Below, piece after piece: positions 9,679 to 18,807 of a DNA stretch of 64,000 nt. The stretch is from positions 55,911 through 119,910 of the forward strand of contig PHBD01000009.1 in the NCBI GenBank assembly GCA_002841865.1, in the 5' to 3' direction. The position numbers were made by a program, and so were the translations under genes. Numbering within the stretch: position 1 is the first letter of the stretch; each line of letters begins with the position of its first letter. This DNA comes from Deltaproteobacteria bacterium HGW-Deltaproteobacteria-19 (GTDB lineage: Bacteria; Desulfobacterota; Syntrophia; Syntrophales; PHBD01). The notes under the pieces were generated by a model that made no database searches, had not been told where the DNA came from, and saw nothing but the letters and a program-made list of their open reading frames with translations.

Positions 9679-10602
9679 ATGAAGGCGCTCGTACTGGGTG
9701 GAAACGGCTTTATCGGATCGCATCTTACAGACCGGCTGCTGGCGGAAGGCCACGACGTACGGGTGTTTGACAAGTACGAAGAGCGCTGCCGCCCCCCCCT
9801 GCGCGGGGTGGATTATCACCTCGGCGATTTCGGCAACCGCGGCCTCCTGGCGGAGGCTCTCCGCGGCCGGGAGGTGGTTTACCACCTGGTCTGGAATACC
9901 GTGCCGAAGACCTCCAACGACGACGCCTTCTTTGACGTCTCCTCCAACCTGGCGGACACCCTGTTCCTTCTCGATGAGTGTATCCGAAGAGAGATCGGCC
10001 GGATCGTCTTCATCTCCTCGGGGGGGACCGTGTACGGGAATCCCCGGAGCCTGCCCGTTTCCGAGGAGAGCCCCACCGAGCCCCTTTGCTCGTACGGCAT
10101 CACGAAGCTGGCGGTGGAGAAATACCTGGCCCTGTACCGCCATCTGCACGGGCTGGAATACGTGATTCTCCGGCCCTCCAATCCCTACGGCATCCGGCAG
10201 AATCCGCTCGGAGCCCAGGGGGCCGTCTCTGTTTTCCTCTGGCGGTTGGCCCGCGGGGAATCCCTGGATATCTGGGGAGACGGCAGCGTCGTCCGGGACT
10301 ATGTGTTCATCGAGGACCTGGTGGATGGCATCTACCGGGCCTCCGTCTCCCGGACGCCGTCCGGGATTTTCAATCTCGGCAGTGGCCGGGGGATTTCCCT
10401 CAATCAATTGCTTTCGGTGATCCGCACCGTTACCGGGAGGGAGGCGGCCGTCCGCTACAGCGGGGGAAGACGGTTCGACGTGCCGGAGATCTATCTCGAC
10501 ATTGAAAGGGCGAGGCGCGAACTGGGATGGGAGCCGGCGACCTCCCTGGAGGATGGCATCGGGCAGACCTGGAGACAGATCCTGGAGGCCTGCCGGCCGT
10601 GA
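9679..10602 (+). CDS. NAD-dependent epimerase/dehydratase (extended SDR)
   Basis: 'MKALVLGGNGFIGSHL' and 'CSYGITKLAVE' (YxxxK). Start at ATG 9679, preceded by 'aggaaag', in frame with the ORF opening at 9445. Confidence 0.8.
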   Translation: MKALVLGGNGFIGSHLTDRLLAEGHDVRVFDKYEERCRPPLRGVDYHLGDFGNRGLLAEALRGREVVYHLVWNTVPKTSNDDAFFDVSSNLADTLFLLDECIRREIGRIVFISSGGTVYGNPRSLPVSEESPTEPLCSYGITKLAVEKYLALYRHLHGLEYVILRPSNPYGIRQNPLGAQGAVSVFLWRLARGESLDIWGDGSVVRDYVFIEDLVDGIYRASVSRTPSGIFNLGSGRGISLNQLLSVIRTVTGREAAVRYSGGRRFDVPEIYLDIERARRELGWEPATSLEDGIGQTWRQILEACRP

Positions 10603-11615
10603 CTCTCCCGAAGGTCACGGTCCTGATGCCGGTCCATAACGGTCTCCCCTACCTGGAGCGGGCCGTGGAAAGCATCCTGCGCCAGACCCATGCAGAGTTC
10701 GAGCTTCTCGTCATTGACGACGCATCCACCGACGAAAGCGGTGCCGTCCTGTCCGCTATGCGTGATCCGAGGATCCGGCTCGTCCGGCACGAGAGGAACA
10801 TGGATCTGGTGGCGACGCTCAACGAAGGGCTGGACTTGGCGCAGGGGGAGTATGTCGCCCGGATGGACCAGGACGACATCAGCCTGCCGGAGCGCCTGGA
10901 GAAGCAGGTGGCGTTCCTGGAGCGACATGGGGACGTGGGCATCGTGGCGGCGGGAGCAAGGCTGATCGACGGTTCGGACCGCCCCGGCGCCGTCCTGCCG
11001 CTCCTGGCGGGGCACGACCTCCTCCGCTGGTCTTTCTGTTTCGGCTGTCCGATCGCTCATGCGGGCGTGATGATGCGCCGCTCCCTGATCCTGGAGCTGG
11101 GAGCCTATCGCGAAGAGGCCTTCCGCTGCGAGGACTATGACCTCTGGACCCGGGCGGCGGGAAAAACCAGGCTGGCGATGATCCCGGAGGTGCTGCTGCA
11201 CCTGCGCCGGCATGCCTCGAGCATGACCCGCATCTGGCCGGAGGACAACGTCCGGAATGCCCTGCGCGTCGCGTCGGCCCATATCCAGACGATCCTGGGC
11301 GAGGAGCCGCCGCCGGGGGTGCTCCGGACCCTCTGGCTTCAGGAGGTCAGGGACCCCGCCGATGCGACGGCGGCAGCGAACTGGGTCGGCCGCCTCTGTG
11401 ACGCAATGCTGTCCGATCCTTCCCTGGCTTTCGTGGAAAGAAGGGGAATCCGCCTCGACGCCGCGGCGAGGCTGTTCATGCTTTTCGCAAACGGAATTTC
11501 GCATCCGGCCTTGTGGCCGGCACTGGGCCGGTCCCTGAAGATGGACCCGCTGGTGGTCGCCCGGCAGGCGTGGTCGGTGACGCAGCGGCATTTCCCCGGA
11601 ATGGCGATTTCATGA
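10599..11615 (+). CDS. glycosyltransferase family 2
   Basis: 'VTVLMPVHNGLPYLERAVESILRQTHAEFELLVIDDASTDES' plus 'ARMDQDD' (DxD). GTG start overlaps the upstream TGA (GTGA). Confidence 0.8.
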   Translation: MTLPKVTVLMPVHNGLPYLERAVESILRQTHAEFELLVIDDASTDESGAVLSAMRDPRIRLVRHERNMDLVATLNEGLDLAQGEYVARMDQDDISLPERLEKQVAFLERHGDVGIVAAGARLIDGSDRPGAVLPLLAGHDLLRWSFCFGCPIAHAGVMMRRSLILELGAYREEAFRCEDYDLWTRAAGKTRLAMIPEVLLHLRRHASSMTRIWPEDNVRNALRVASAHIQTILGEEPPPGVLRTLWLQEVRDPADATAAANWVGRLCDAMLSDPSLAFVERRGIRLDAAARLFMLFANGISHPALWPALGRSLKMDPLVVARQAWSVTQRHFPGMAIS

Positions 11616-12784
11616 AACGGAAGATCCTGGTCTGGCCGTCCACCTATCCCACGGAGGCGTCCTTCGTCAGCGGCATTTTCACCAAGGAGCAGGCCGAGGT
11701 CCTCTCCAGGCGCTACGACGTGGCGGTGGCCCTGGCGCGGGTCCCCAGCTGGAGGAAGATGCTCAAGGGGCAGGACCGGCCCCGAACAATGGAGGGAACC
11801 CATAACGGTCTGCCCATGTTTCGCCAGGAGGCCATCGCACCGCCGCGGTCTTTTCTCCTGCGTGTGATGTTCTATCGAATGCTGGCGGAAAAGCTCTTCG
11901 TCCGGGTGATGGACCGCTGGGGAAGGCCGGATCTCATCCACGCCTACATGGTCTATCCCGCCGGATGGACGGCTGTCCGCATCGCCGGCCGGCACGGCAT
12001 CCCCGTCATTCTGACCGAATACACGGGGCCGTTCTCGGTGCACCTGGAAACGCGCCTGCAGCGGCGCCTGGTCCGGGAGACCCTCGATTCCTGCCATCAC
12101 CTCGTGACCGCCAGCCCGGGGCTGGCGAGGGAGATCGAATCGTTCCGGCCGGTGAGGAACGTCTCTCCCCTCGGGATCATGGTGAAGTCCGCGTTCTTCG
12201 TTCCCCCGGCCGATACCCGGTCTCCCGGTCCGCGAACCCGGTTTTTGACGGTTGCACTCCTCGACCCGGCCAAGGGGATCCACAACCTTGTGGAGGCCCT
12301 TCATTTGTTGGAGCAGAGGGGCTTGAAGGATTGCGAGCTCTGGATCGGCGGGAACGGCCCGGCCCGGTCCTCGCTGGAGGCGCAGGCGAGGCGCCTGGGG
12401 GTGGAAAGCCGCTGCCGCTTCCTGGGGATGCTCAAACCGGACGAGGTCCGCAGCTGGATGCAGCAGTGCGATGTCTTTGTCCTGCCCAGTCTCGTGGAGA
12501 CGTTCGGCGTCGTCATCGGGGAGGCCATGGCCTGCGGGAAACCGGTGATCGCAACCCGGTGCACCGGTCCGGAGTTCATCATTACCGAGGAAAACGGCCT
12601 GCTGGTCGAGATCAACGACAGCGGCGACCTCGCCGCGGCCATGGAAAAGGTCATGACGGGAGGCGTCCGTTTCGATGCGGCGGCCATCCGCAGGAGCGTC
12701 ACGGACCGCTTCGGTGAGGAGGTTTACCTGGAAAACCTTTCGCGGATTTATGAATCCGTGCTGGCCGAGAAAGGCGGCTGCTGA
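11612..12784 (+). CDS. glycosyltransferase family 4
   Basis: 'VLPSLVETFGVVIGEAMACGKPVIATR' is the E-x7-E region. ATG 11612 overlaps the upstream stop. Confidence 0.8.
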   Translation: MKRKILVWPSTYPTEASFVSGIFTKEQAEVLSRRYDVAVALARVPSWRKMLKGQDRPRTMEGTHNGLPMFRQEAIAPPRSFLLRVMFYRMLAEKLFVRVMDRWGRPDLIHAYMVYPAGWTAVRIAGRHGIPVILTEYTGPFSVHLETRLQRRLVRETLDSCHHLVTASPGLAREIESFRPVRNVSPLGIMVKSAFFVPPADTRSPGPRTRFLTVALLDPAKGIHNLVEALHLLEQRGLKDCELWIGGNGPARSSLEAQARRLGVESRCRFLGMLKPDEVRSWMQQCDVFVLPSLVETFGVVIGEAMACGKPVIATRCTGPEFIITEENGLLVEINDSGDLAAAMEKVMTGGVRFDAAAIRRSVTDRFGEEVYLENLSRIYESVLAEKGGC

Positions 12785-12791
12785 GCCGGAT

Positions 12792-14603
12792 ATGTGCGGT
12801 ATCGCCGGAATCATAAACAAGGATCCCGTCCCCACCGGGACGGAGACGCTGCGGGCCATGATGGAGGCCATGGGCCATCGCGGTCCCGACGATGAGGGGA
12901 TCTATTCGTCCGGGCAGTTGAGTCTGGGCCACCGGCGCCTGTCCATCATCGACCTGTCCCCCGCCGGGCACCAGCCGATGCGCTTCCGGGACCTGGTGAT
13001 CATTTACAACGGCGAAATCTACAACTACCTGGAGCTGCGGCAGGAACTGGAGAGTCTGGGGCACCGGTTCGAGACCGGGACGGACACGGAGGTGATCCTT
13101 CACGCCTTCGACGCCTGGGGGGATCAATGTCTGCATCGTTTCACGGGAATGTGGGCCTTCGCGATTCTCGACGAGGCAAAGGGGGAGGTCTTCCTCGCCC
13201 GGGACCGCTTCGGCATCAAGCCCCTTTATTACCGGGACGACGGGAAGCGTTTCCTTTTCGCCTCGGAGATCAAGGCGATCCTGGCCGGCGGCGTATCCGC
13301 CCGGGTGAATGAGCAGCGCCTCGTCGAATACCTCGTGGTTGGAATCACCGACCATACGGAGGAGACCTGTTTCGAGGGTGTCAGCCAGGTCCTGCCCGGA
13401 TGCTGGATGCGCATCGACCTACCGTCCGGACGGATCAGGGGACAGCGGTATTACTATCCGACGGCCCGCGCGGTCTCGCCGCCTCCGACCGGCGACGATT
13501 TCGCCGCTGCCCTGAAGCGTTCCGTCCGCCTGCACCTGCGCAGCGACGTCCCCGTCGGAACATGCCTTTCCGGCGGACTCGACTCTTCCGTCGTGGCAGC
13601 CCTGGCGGCGGCCATGAACCGGGAGAACGGCAACAACCGCTTCGACGCGGTCACGGCCCGGTCGGAAAACCCGGAGACCGACGAAACCCCCTATGCCCGG
13701 CAGGTGGCTGAACACTGCGGCCTCCGGTGGCACATTGCCGCTCCCGATTACGACGATTTCACCGGGCACATTGAAACATGCCTTTGGTTCCAGGAGGAGC
13801 CGGTCGGCAGTCCCTCCGTTTTCATGCAGTACTGGGTGATGAAAAAGGCGAAGGAGGCAGGCCTGAAGGTCATGCTGGACGGCCAGGGAGGCGACGAACT
13901 CCTCCTGGGGTACGAGCGGTACTACATCGCGTACTTCCTGGAGCTTTTCCGGACAGGCCGCCTGCGGGACCTCTTTCGGGAATATGTCCTGGCCGTCCGG
14001 AATTCCCGTATGAGCTTCTGGTGGTTTCTCGCGTCCGTCGGTTACTTTTCCTGTTTCCCCCTGCGCCGGTCAGTACTGCGCCGGCGGGCAAGCTTCCTGA
14101 AGCCGGAAGCGCTGGCCCGATCCTATCCCCTGATCCGCAGCCTGTCCCGGGATTTTTTCCGGCCCCGGGATCTGCAGGTCACGGAGATCATGGGGCGGCA
14201 GCTTTCCCATCTGCTTCGCTACGAGGACCGGAACTCCATGGCCTTTTCCATCGAGGCCAGGGTTCCCTTCATCGAGGCCGACTGCGTCTACACGGCCTTG
14301 GACCTGCCGGCTGCCGAGAAGATCCGGGGGGGGTACACGAAGTACCCGTTGAGAAAGCTGGCGGAGGAAATCCTGCCCGGGGAAATCGCCTGGCGGCGCA
14401 ACAAGATCGGTTTCGAGGCGCCGGCCGATTTGTGGCTGAAGCGCCATCAGGCAGTCATGCACGCTGAGATCGATCGCTCATGCGTGCTCAACAGGATTTG
14501 CAATCGGATTCCCGACCTCGGAACTTTGAATACCGAGATGCAATGGCGTCTTTATAACATCGCCATCTGGGAGAGGATGTTCGATGTCTCATCACAGGAC
14601 TGA
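12792..14603 (+). CDS. asparagine synthase (glutamine-hydrolysing) family amidotransferase, glycan-locus paralog
   Basis: 'MCGIAGI' places the Ntn Cys nucleophile at residue 2. 'LSGGLDSS' is a PP-loop. About 600 aa. Confidence 0.9.
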   Translation: MCGIAGIINKDPVPTGTETLRAMMEAMGHRGPDDEGIYSSGQLSLGHRRLSIIDLSPAGHQPMRFRDLVIIYNGEIYNYLELRQELESLGHRFETGTDTEVILHAFDAWGDQCLHRFTGMWAFAILDEAKGEVFLARDRFGIKPLYYRDDGKRFLFASEIKAILAGGVSARVNEQRLVEYLVVGITDHTEETCFEGVSQVLPGCWMRIDLPSGRIRGQRYYYPTARAVSPPPTGDDFAAALKRSVRLHLRSDVPVGTCLSGGLDSSVVAALAAAMNRENGNNRFDAVTARSENPETDETPYARQVAEHCGLRWHIAAPDYDDFTGHIETCLWFQEEPVGSPSVFMQYWVMKKAKEAGLKVMLDGQGGDELLLGYERYYIAYFLELFRTGRLRDLFREYVLAVRNSRMSFWWFLASVGYFSCFPLRRSVLRRRASFLKPEALARSYPLIRSLSRDFFRPRDLQVTEIMGRQLSHLLRYEDRNSMAFSIEARVPFIEADCVYTALDLPAAEKIRGGYTKYPLRKLAEEILPGEIAWRRNKIGFEAPADLWLKRHQAVMHAEIDRSCVLNRICNRIPDLGTLNTEMQWRLYNIAIWERMFDVSSQD

Positions 14604-14671
14604 TCCGCGGCTCTTTCAATTCGCCCGCAGCCCGTTCATTACAGGCACCGTAAAATGATCGCACGGATGGA

Positions 14672-15973
14672 ATGAGGATGACCGATCCGTTGAAACGTAT
14701 ACGTGTCTATGCAGCACAGACGTTTTTTTCCTTTGAATTCGTGTTCCTCTTATTTCTCTTTGCGGGGTGCTACAAGGCTCGTCCTTGGCTGCAGTGGGTT
14801 CCTGTCGATTTGACGGCATTCTTCTTTGCCGTGAGTGTTGCTGTGGGGGCGTTCATCCTGGCGAGAAAAAAGGTTCGTTTTTCCCGGGATGCTCTCATTG
14901 TGGTCGGCATGGGTGGTTTCCTGTTTCTCTATGCCGTCGTGAGTTTGACATGGTCTCCAGGTGTGCTCTATGCCGGGAAGAAAGCTCTTTATCTCTGCAC
15001 CCTTACGTATTGGCCACTGGTTGCTGCTGCCTTGATTGTCGCTGACAGCGCTGAGCGGGTTCGATATATCCTGGGAGGCCTTTTCTTCTTTGCCCTGTGG
15101 TTTGCCGTGGAATCTCTCTTCTCGTTTTTCCAATCTTCAGACCAGAGGCTTTGGGCGATCGGCGTTGCTGTTGAAGGAGCCGACTACATATCAATCGGAA
15201 GGATCATCAGCCTGGGTGCAATCTCCATCTATGGCTACTATATGCTGCATGCCGGCTCGGGGCTCTCCCTGTTCTTGTCACTGGCCCTTCTTTGTTGTTT
15301 CGTTTTCGTATTGATGATTCTGGGAGGCCGCGGACCTCTTCTGGGAATGATCCTTTCTTTTGCCCTGGTCCCGATTGCAGGATGGAAGAAGGGCTCTCCG
15401 TTCCATCTATGGAACAGGAAGCATGTCTTCCTGATGGTTCTTGTGATTCTGGCTGCCGCTATCCTGGCTGGATATATGATAACTCACAGTTCACTCATGC
15501 CGACCATCAGGAGGACGTATTACCTGTTTGCCGGCATAGGGGAGAGTCCGCTGCTTCGGCTGGATTATTATTGGAGAGCGTTAAGACTATGGGCGGAGAC
15601 GCCAATCCTGGGACATGGCATCGGCAGTTGGCCCTTGCTGGTCGGTCTTGGGGACATCAAAGAGTATCCTCACAACATCATTCTGGAGTTGCTGGTGGAA
15701 CTGGGCCTGGTGGGCTTTCTTCTGTTTCTGGCCATTCCCTTGAAAGCGCTTTATCGAAGCGTGTCTTTGAAGGCAATTCAAAAAGCCCCGATACTTTTGA
15801 TTTTACTGATGATCTTTGCCGATCTGTTTGTGAACGCCCTTTGCTCGGGTGACCTTGCGGATAACAGGCTTCTGTTTGCTGCCGCGGGCATGCTCGTGAT
15901 GAGAGGTGGCCACTACACGGATCCAGCCGGTGCTCCAGGATCGAATGGTGAGACGGCCTCACGCATGAGATGA
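14672..15973 (+). CDS. O-antigen polymerase/ligase family membrane protein (Wzy_C domain)
   Basis: 433-aa polytopic membrane protein. 'YPHNIILELLVELGLVGFLLFL' is typical of the Wzy_C family. Visibly lower G+C than its neighbours. Confidence 0.75.
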   Translation: MRMTDPLKRIRVYAAQTFFSFEFVFLLFLFAGCYKARPWLQWVPVDLTAFFFAVSVAVGAFILARKKVRFSRDALIVVGMGGFLFLYAVVSLTWSPGVLYAGKKALYLCTLTYWPLVAAALIVADSAERVRYILGGLFFFALWFAVESLFSFFQSSDQRLWAIGVAVEGADYISIGRIISLGAISIYGYYMLHAGSGLSLFLSLALLCCFVFVLMILGGRGPLLGMILSFALVPIAGWKKGSPFHLWNRKHVFLMVLVILAAAILAGYMITHSSLMPTIRRTYYLFAGIGESPLLRLDYYWRALRLWAETPILGHGIGSWPLLVGLGDIKEYPHNIILELLVELGLVGFLLFLAIPLKALYRSVSLKAIQKAPILLILLMIFADLFVNALCSGDLADNRLLFAAAGMLVMRGGHYTDPAGAPGSNGETASRMR

Positions 15974-17415
15974 GGAACAATCAAGTGAAGCTGTCCGACT
16001 TTGTCCATCATGTTTTCACGGTTGGCTTGGGAAGTGTTGGTGCTTTTTTATTAAATATTGCTGTAATTCCGCTTATCACCCGCCTCTATGCACCAGAGGC
16101 TTATGCGGGATGGGCCCTTGTGATGAGTACCGCTATTCTCTTCAGCTCCATTGCAACATTGCGTTTTGAGCTTGCCCTGGTTCTTCCCAAGTCTGACGAG
16201 GAGGCCTCGAATCTCTTCGTTATCTGTCTGGCCGTTTCGTTGTTCGTTGCGGCGGCCTCCGGTCTGTTGCTGCCTTTGCTCCAGGATGAGTTGATTGGCA
16301 GAGGGTTCCGCCAAGAACTGAAACATTGGTTGTTGTACATATCCTATCTTGTCGCAGTGACGGGATTTTACCAGGCATGCATGCACTGGTGCGTGAGAAT
16401 GAAGGAATTTCAATGGTACGCGATGATGCAGGTGCTTTTGCCTCTGGTGGTGTGCCTGGTGCAAATCGTAATGGCTATGACTGGCCGGCAGGACTCCTCG
16501 GGCCTGATCATCGGGACTTTGGCCGGCCAGTCTGTGGTGATAATTCTCATGCTTGCATTAATATTGGGTAAATACGGACGCACTATTGCCCGCGGTGTCT
16601 CAATGGAGGAAATGTTGCGTTTGTTTTCTCGTTACCGTGTCTATCTGACCCACATGACGCCTTACACCCTGATAGGGACGTTTCGCGAGCGGGTTCCGTA
16701 TTTTCTGCTTGCCGGTTTTTCCAGCAAGGAAATCGTTGGTTTTTACGGATTGTCTTCACGGGTGATCAATGTGCCCAACAGCCTTCTCAGCAGCGCCATA
16801 CGGCCTGTCTTTTTCCAGAGCGGGGCATCCGCGGGCTTGGAAGCTCTGGAGGGTAGATTGAAGACACTTCTAGATACAATCATCATTTGTGCCATCCCCT
16901 TCTGGGTACTCTTCCTGTTTCACGCCGAGACCCTGTTTGCGTTATTTTTCGGTGAGGCATGGCGTGGGGCCGGTATCTACGCCGCCATTCTTTCGGTTCC
17001 CATCATTCCGAGATTGCTCGGCAATTGGATGGATCGGTCATTTGACGTTCTCGGCCGTCAGCGCCTCCTGTTCAAGCTGGATTTTGCCTCATCCGTTGTC
17101 GTCATCGGGTTGTTCACGCTGGTGATGGTCGTGCTGGAGAACGTTCTTCTGGCGATCGTTCTGCAATCATTTCTTTTGACAATTTACCACTTCTATCTCC
17201 TCCATGTCATTTTCAGCGAGGCTGATTTCAAGAAACTGACACTGAAGGGTCTGCTGAAGCTCATTGCCGGTTTGGTGGCTGTCTCGGGAGCACTCAGTTT
17301 CATCTGCGTGATGTTGCTCAATCCATTTGCCGCGATTGTTGTGAACGGTACGGTCATCATTCTCTGTATGGCCGTTCACGTATCCTGCTCCGGCTTGTTT
17401 GCAGAAGGGGTTTAG
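15970..17415 (+). CDS. oligosaccharide flippase (Wzx/MOP superfamily)
   Basis: 481-aa polytopic membrane protein with Wzx-like N-terminus and size. ATGA overlap with the upstream gene. Lower G+C. Confidence 0.75.
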   Translation: MRNNQVKLSDFVHHVFTVGLGSVGAFLLNIAVIPLITRLYAPEAYAGWALVMSTAILFSSIATLRFELALVLPKSDEEASNLFVICLAVSLFVAAASGLLLPLLQDELIGRGFRQELKHWLLYISYLVAVTGFYQACMHWCVRMKEFQWYAMMQVLLPLVVCLVQIVMAMTGRQDSSGLIIGTLAGQSVVIILMLALILGKYGRTIARGVSMEEMLRLFSRYRVYLTHMTPYTLIGTFRERVPYFLLAGFSSKEIVGFYGLSSRVINVPNSLLSSAIRPVFFQSGASAGLEALEGRLKTLLDTIIICAIPFWVLFLFHAETLFALFFGEAWRGAGIYAAILSVPIIPRLLGNWMDRSFDVLGRQRLLFKLDFASSVVVIGLFTLVMVVLENVLLAIVLQSFLLTIYHFYLLHVIFSEADFKKLTLKGLLKLIAGLVAVSGALSFICVMLLNPFAAIVVNGTVIILCMAVHVSCSGLFAEGV

Positions 17416-18034
17416 CGTGATCGTCATTGTCGATTATGGAGTGGGGAATCTCGGGTCGCTTCGGAACATGCTGAAGAAGATCGGCCAGGAGGCGCTGATT
17501 TCCCAGGATCCGCAGGCTGTGGGGAAGGCTGACAAGATCATCCTGCCGGGGGTGGGGTCCTTCGATCATGCGATCAATAACCTTCGCTCGACGGGGCTTG
17601 TCCCCGTTCTGAGCGAATGCGTGCTGAACCGCAAAATTCCCATCCTCGGAGTCTGTCTGGGCATGCAGCTCATGACCGGCGGGAGCCAGGAGGGTGAACT
17701 CCCGGGGCTCGGCTGGGTGGATGCGGAGACCGTGCGCTTCCGGTTTGACGAATCCCTTCGGCATCTGAAAGTGCCGCACATGGGGTGGAATACGATCCGG
17801 GTGCGGGGAGCGAGCCCGCTTTTCGAGGCGATGGCGGAGGGAAGCCGGTTCTATTTCGTCCATTCCTACCATGTGCGATGCCGGGCAGAGTCGGATGTAC
17901 TGGCCACGACGGATTATGGAGGCGACTTCGTATCCGCGTTCGCGCGGGAGAACATCGCCGGGGTACAGTTCCACCCGGAGAAAAGCCACCGGTTCGGCAT
18001 GCGGCTCCTGCAGAATTTCGTGGAAAAATGCTGA
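17399..18034 (+). CDS. hisH: imidazole glycerol phosphate synthase HisH-like glutamine amidotransferase (WbuY/HisH2 type)
   Basis: 'VIVIVDYGVGNLGSLRNML', 'ILPGVGSF', 'GVCLGMQL' (Cys nucleophile) and 'GVQFHPEKS'. The start could instead be GTG 17417. Confidence 0.85.
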   Translation: MQKGFSVIVIVDYGVGNLGSLRNMLKKIGQEALISQDPQAVGKADKIILPGVGSFDHAINNLRSTGLVPVLSECVLNRKIPILGVCLGMQLMTGGSQEGELPGLGWVDAETVRFRFDESLRHLKVPHMGWNTIRVRGASPLFEAMAEGSRFYFVHSYHVRCRAESDVLATTDYGGDFVSAFARENIAGVQFHPEKSHRFGMRLLQNFVEKC

Positions 18035-18807
18035 TTACCCGAGTGATTCCATGCCTGCTGCTCAAGGGCCGGGGCCTGGTAAAGACCGTTCGGTTCAAGG
18101 ACCCGACGTACGTCGGAGACCCCATCAACGCCATCAAGATCTTCAATGAAAAAGAAGTGGACGAGCTCATCTTTCTCGACATCACGGCCACGTTGGAGAA
18201 ACGACCCCCGCCGTATCAGGTCATCTCTGAGATCGCCAGCGAGTGCTTCATGCCCCTGGCGTACGGAGGGGGAATCCGGAGCCTCCCGGAAATCGAGAAG
18301 ATATTCAGCCTGGGGGTCGAAAAAGTCTGCCTCAATGCCGCGGCGGTCGAGGATCCCGACCTGATCCGGGATGCGGCGAAGGCCTTCGGGAACCAGAGCA
18401 TCGTTGTTTCCGTGGACGTGAAAAAGAGCCTGTTCGGAAAGTACGAGATATTCACCCACGGGGGGCGCCGGAGCGCGCGGAAAGAAATCCTGTCCCACGT
18501 CCGCCGGATGGAGGAGTTGGGGGCAGGGGAGCTTCTGCTCACCTCGATCGATCGGGACGGCACCCGGCAGGGATACGACCTGGACCTGATCGGGCGGGTG
18601 GCGGATGCGGTCGGGATTCCGGTGATCGCCTGCGGGGGTGCCGGCGGCCTTAATGACATAACGGCGGCCGTGAAGAGCGGAGCCGCGGCGGCGGCGGCGG
18701 GAAGCCTGTTCGTGTTTCACGGCCGCCACAGGGCGGTTCTGATCAGCTACCCGTCCAGGGAAGAACTGGACGCGGCCTTCCCGGCCGCTCCGGACAGGGA
18801 GACATAA
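18028..18807 (+). CDS. hisF: HisF-like cyclase subunit (WbuZ/HisF2, acetamidino-modification type)
   Basis: 'MLITRVIPCLLLKGRGLVKTVRF', 'DELIFLDI', 'ELLLTSIDRDGT' and 'VIACGGAG' fit the HisF fold. ATG 18028 overlaps the hisH stop. Confidence 0.85.
   Translation: MLITRVIPCLLLKGRGLVKTVRFKDPTYVGDPINAIKIFNEKEVDELIFLDITATLEKRPPPYQVISEIASECFMPLAYGGGIRSLPEIEKIFSLGVEKVCLNAAAVEDPDLIRDAAKAFGNQSIVVSVDVKKSLFGKYEIFTHGGRRSARKEILSHVRRMEELGAGELLLTSIDRDGTRQGYDLDLIGRVADAVGIPVIACGGAGGLNDITAAVKSGAAAAAAGSLFVFHGRHRAVLISYPSREELDAAFPAAPDRET

Noticed and set aside
456-12871. Many 100-500-aa ORFs antisense or out of frame to the glycan genes (for example 456-1502, 2988-4475, 7120-8445, 10491-11591, 11339-12871)
   Set aside because: Their composition is Arg/Pro/Gly-rich and they overlap ORFs with clear family signatures. 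These are typical shadow ORFs of high-G+C DNA.
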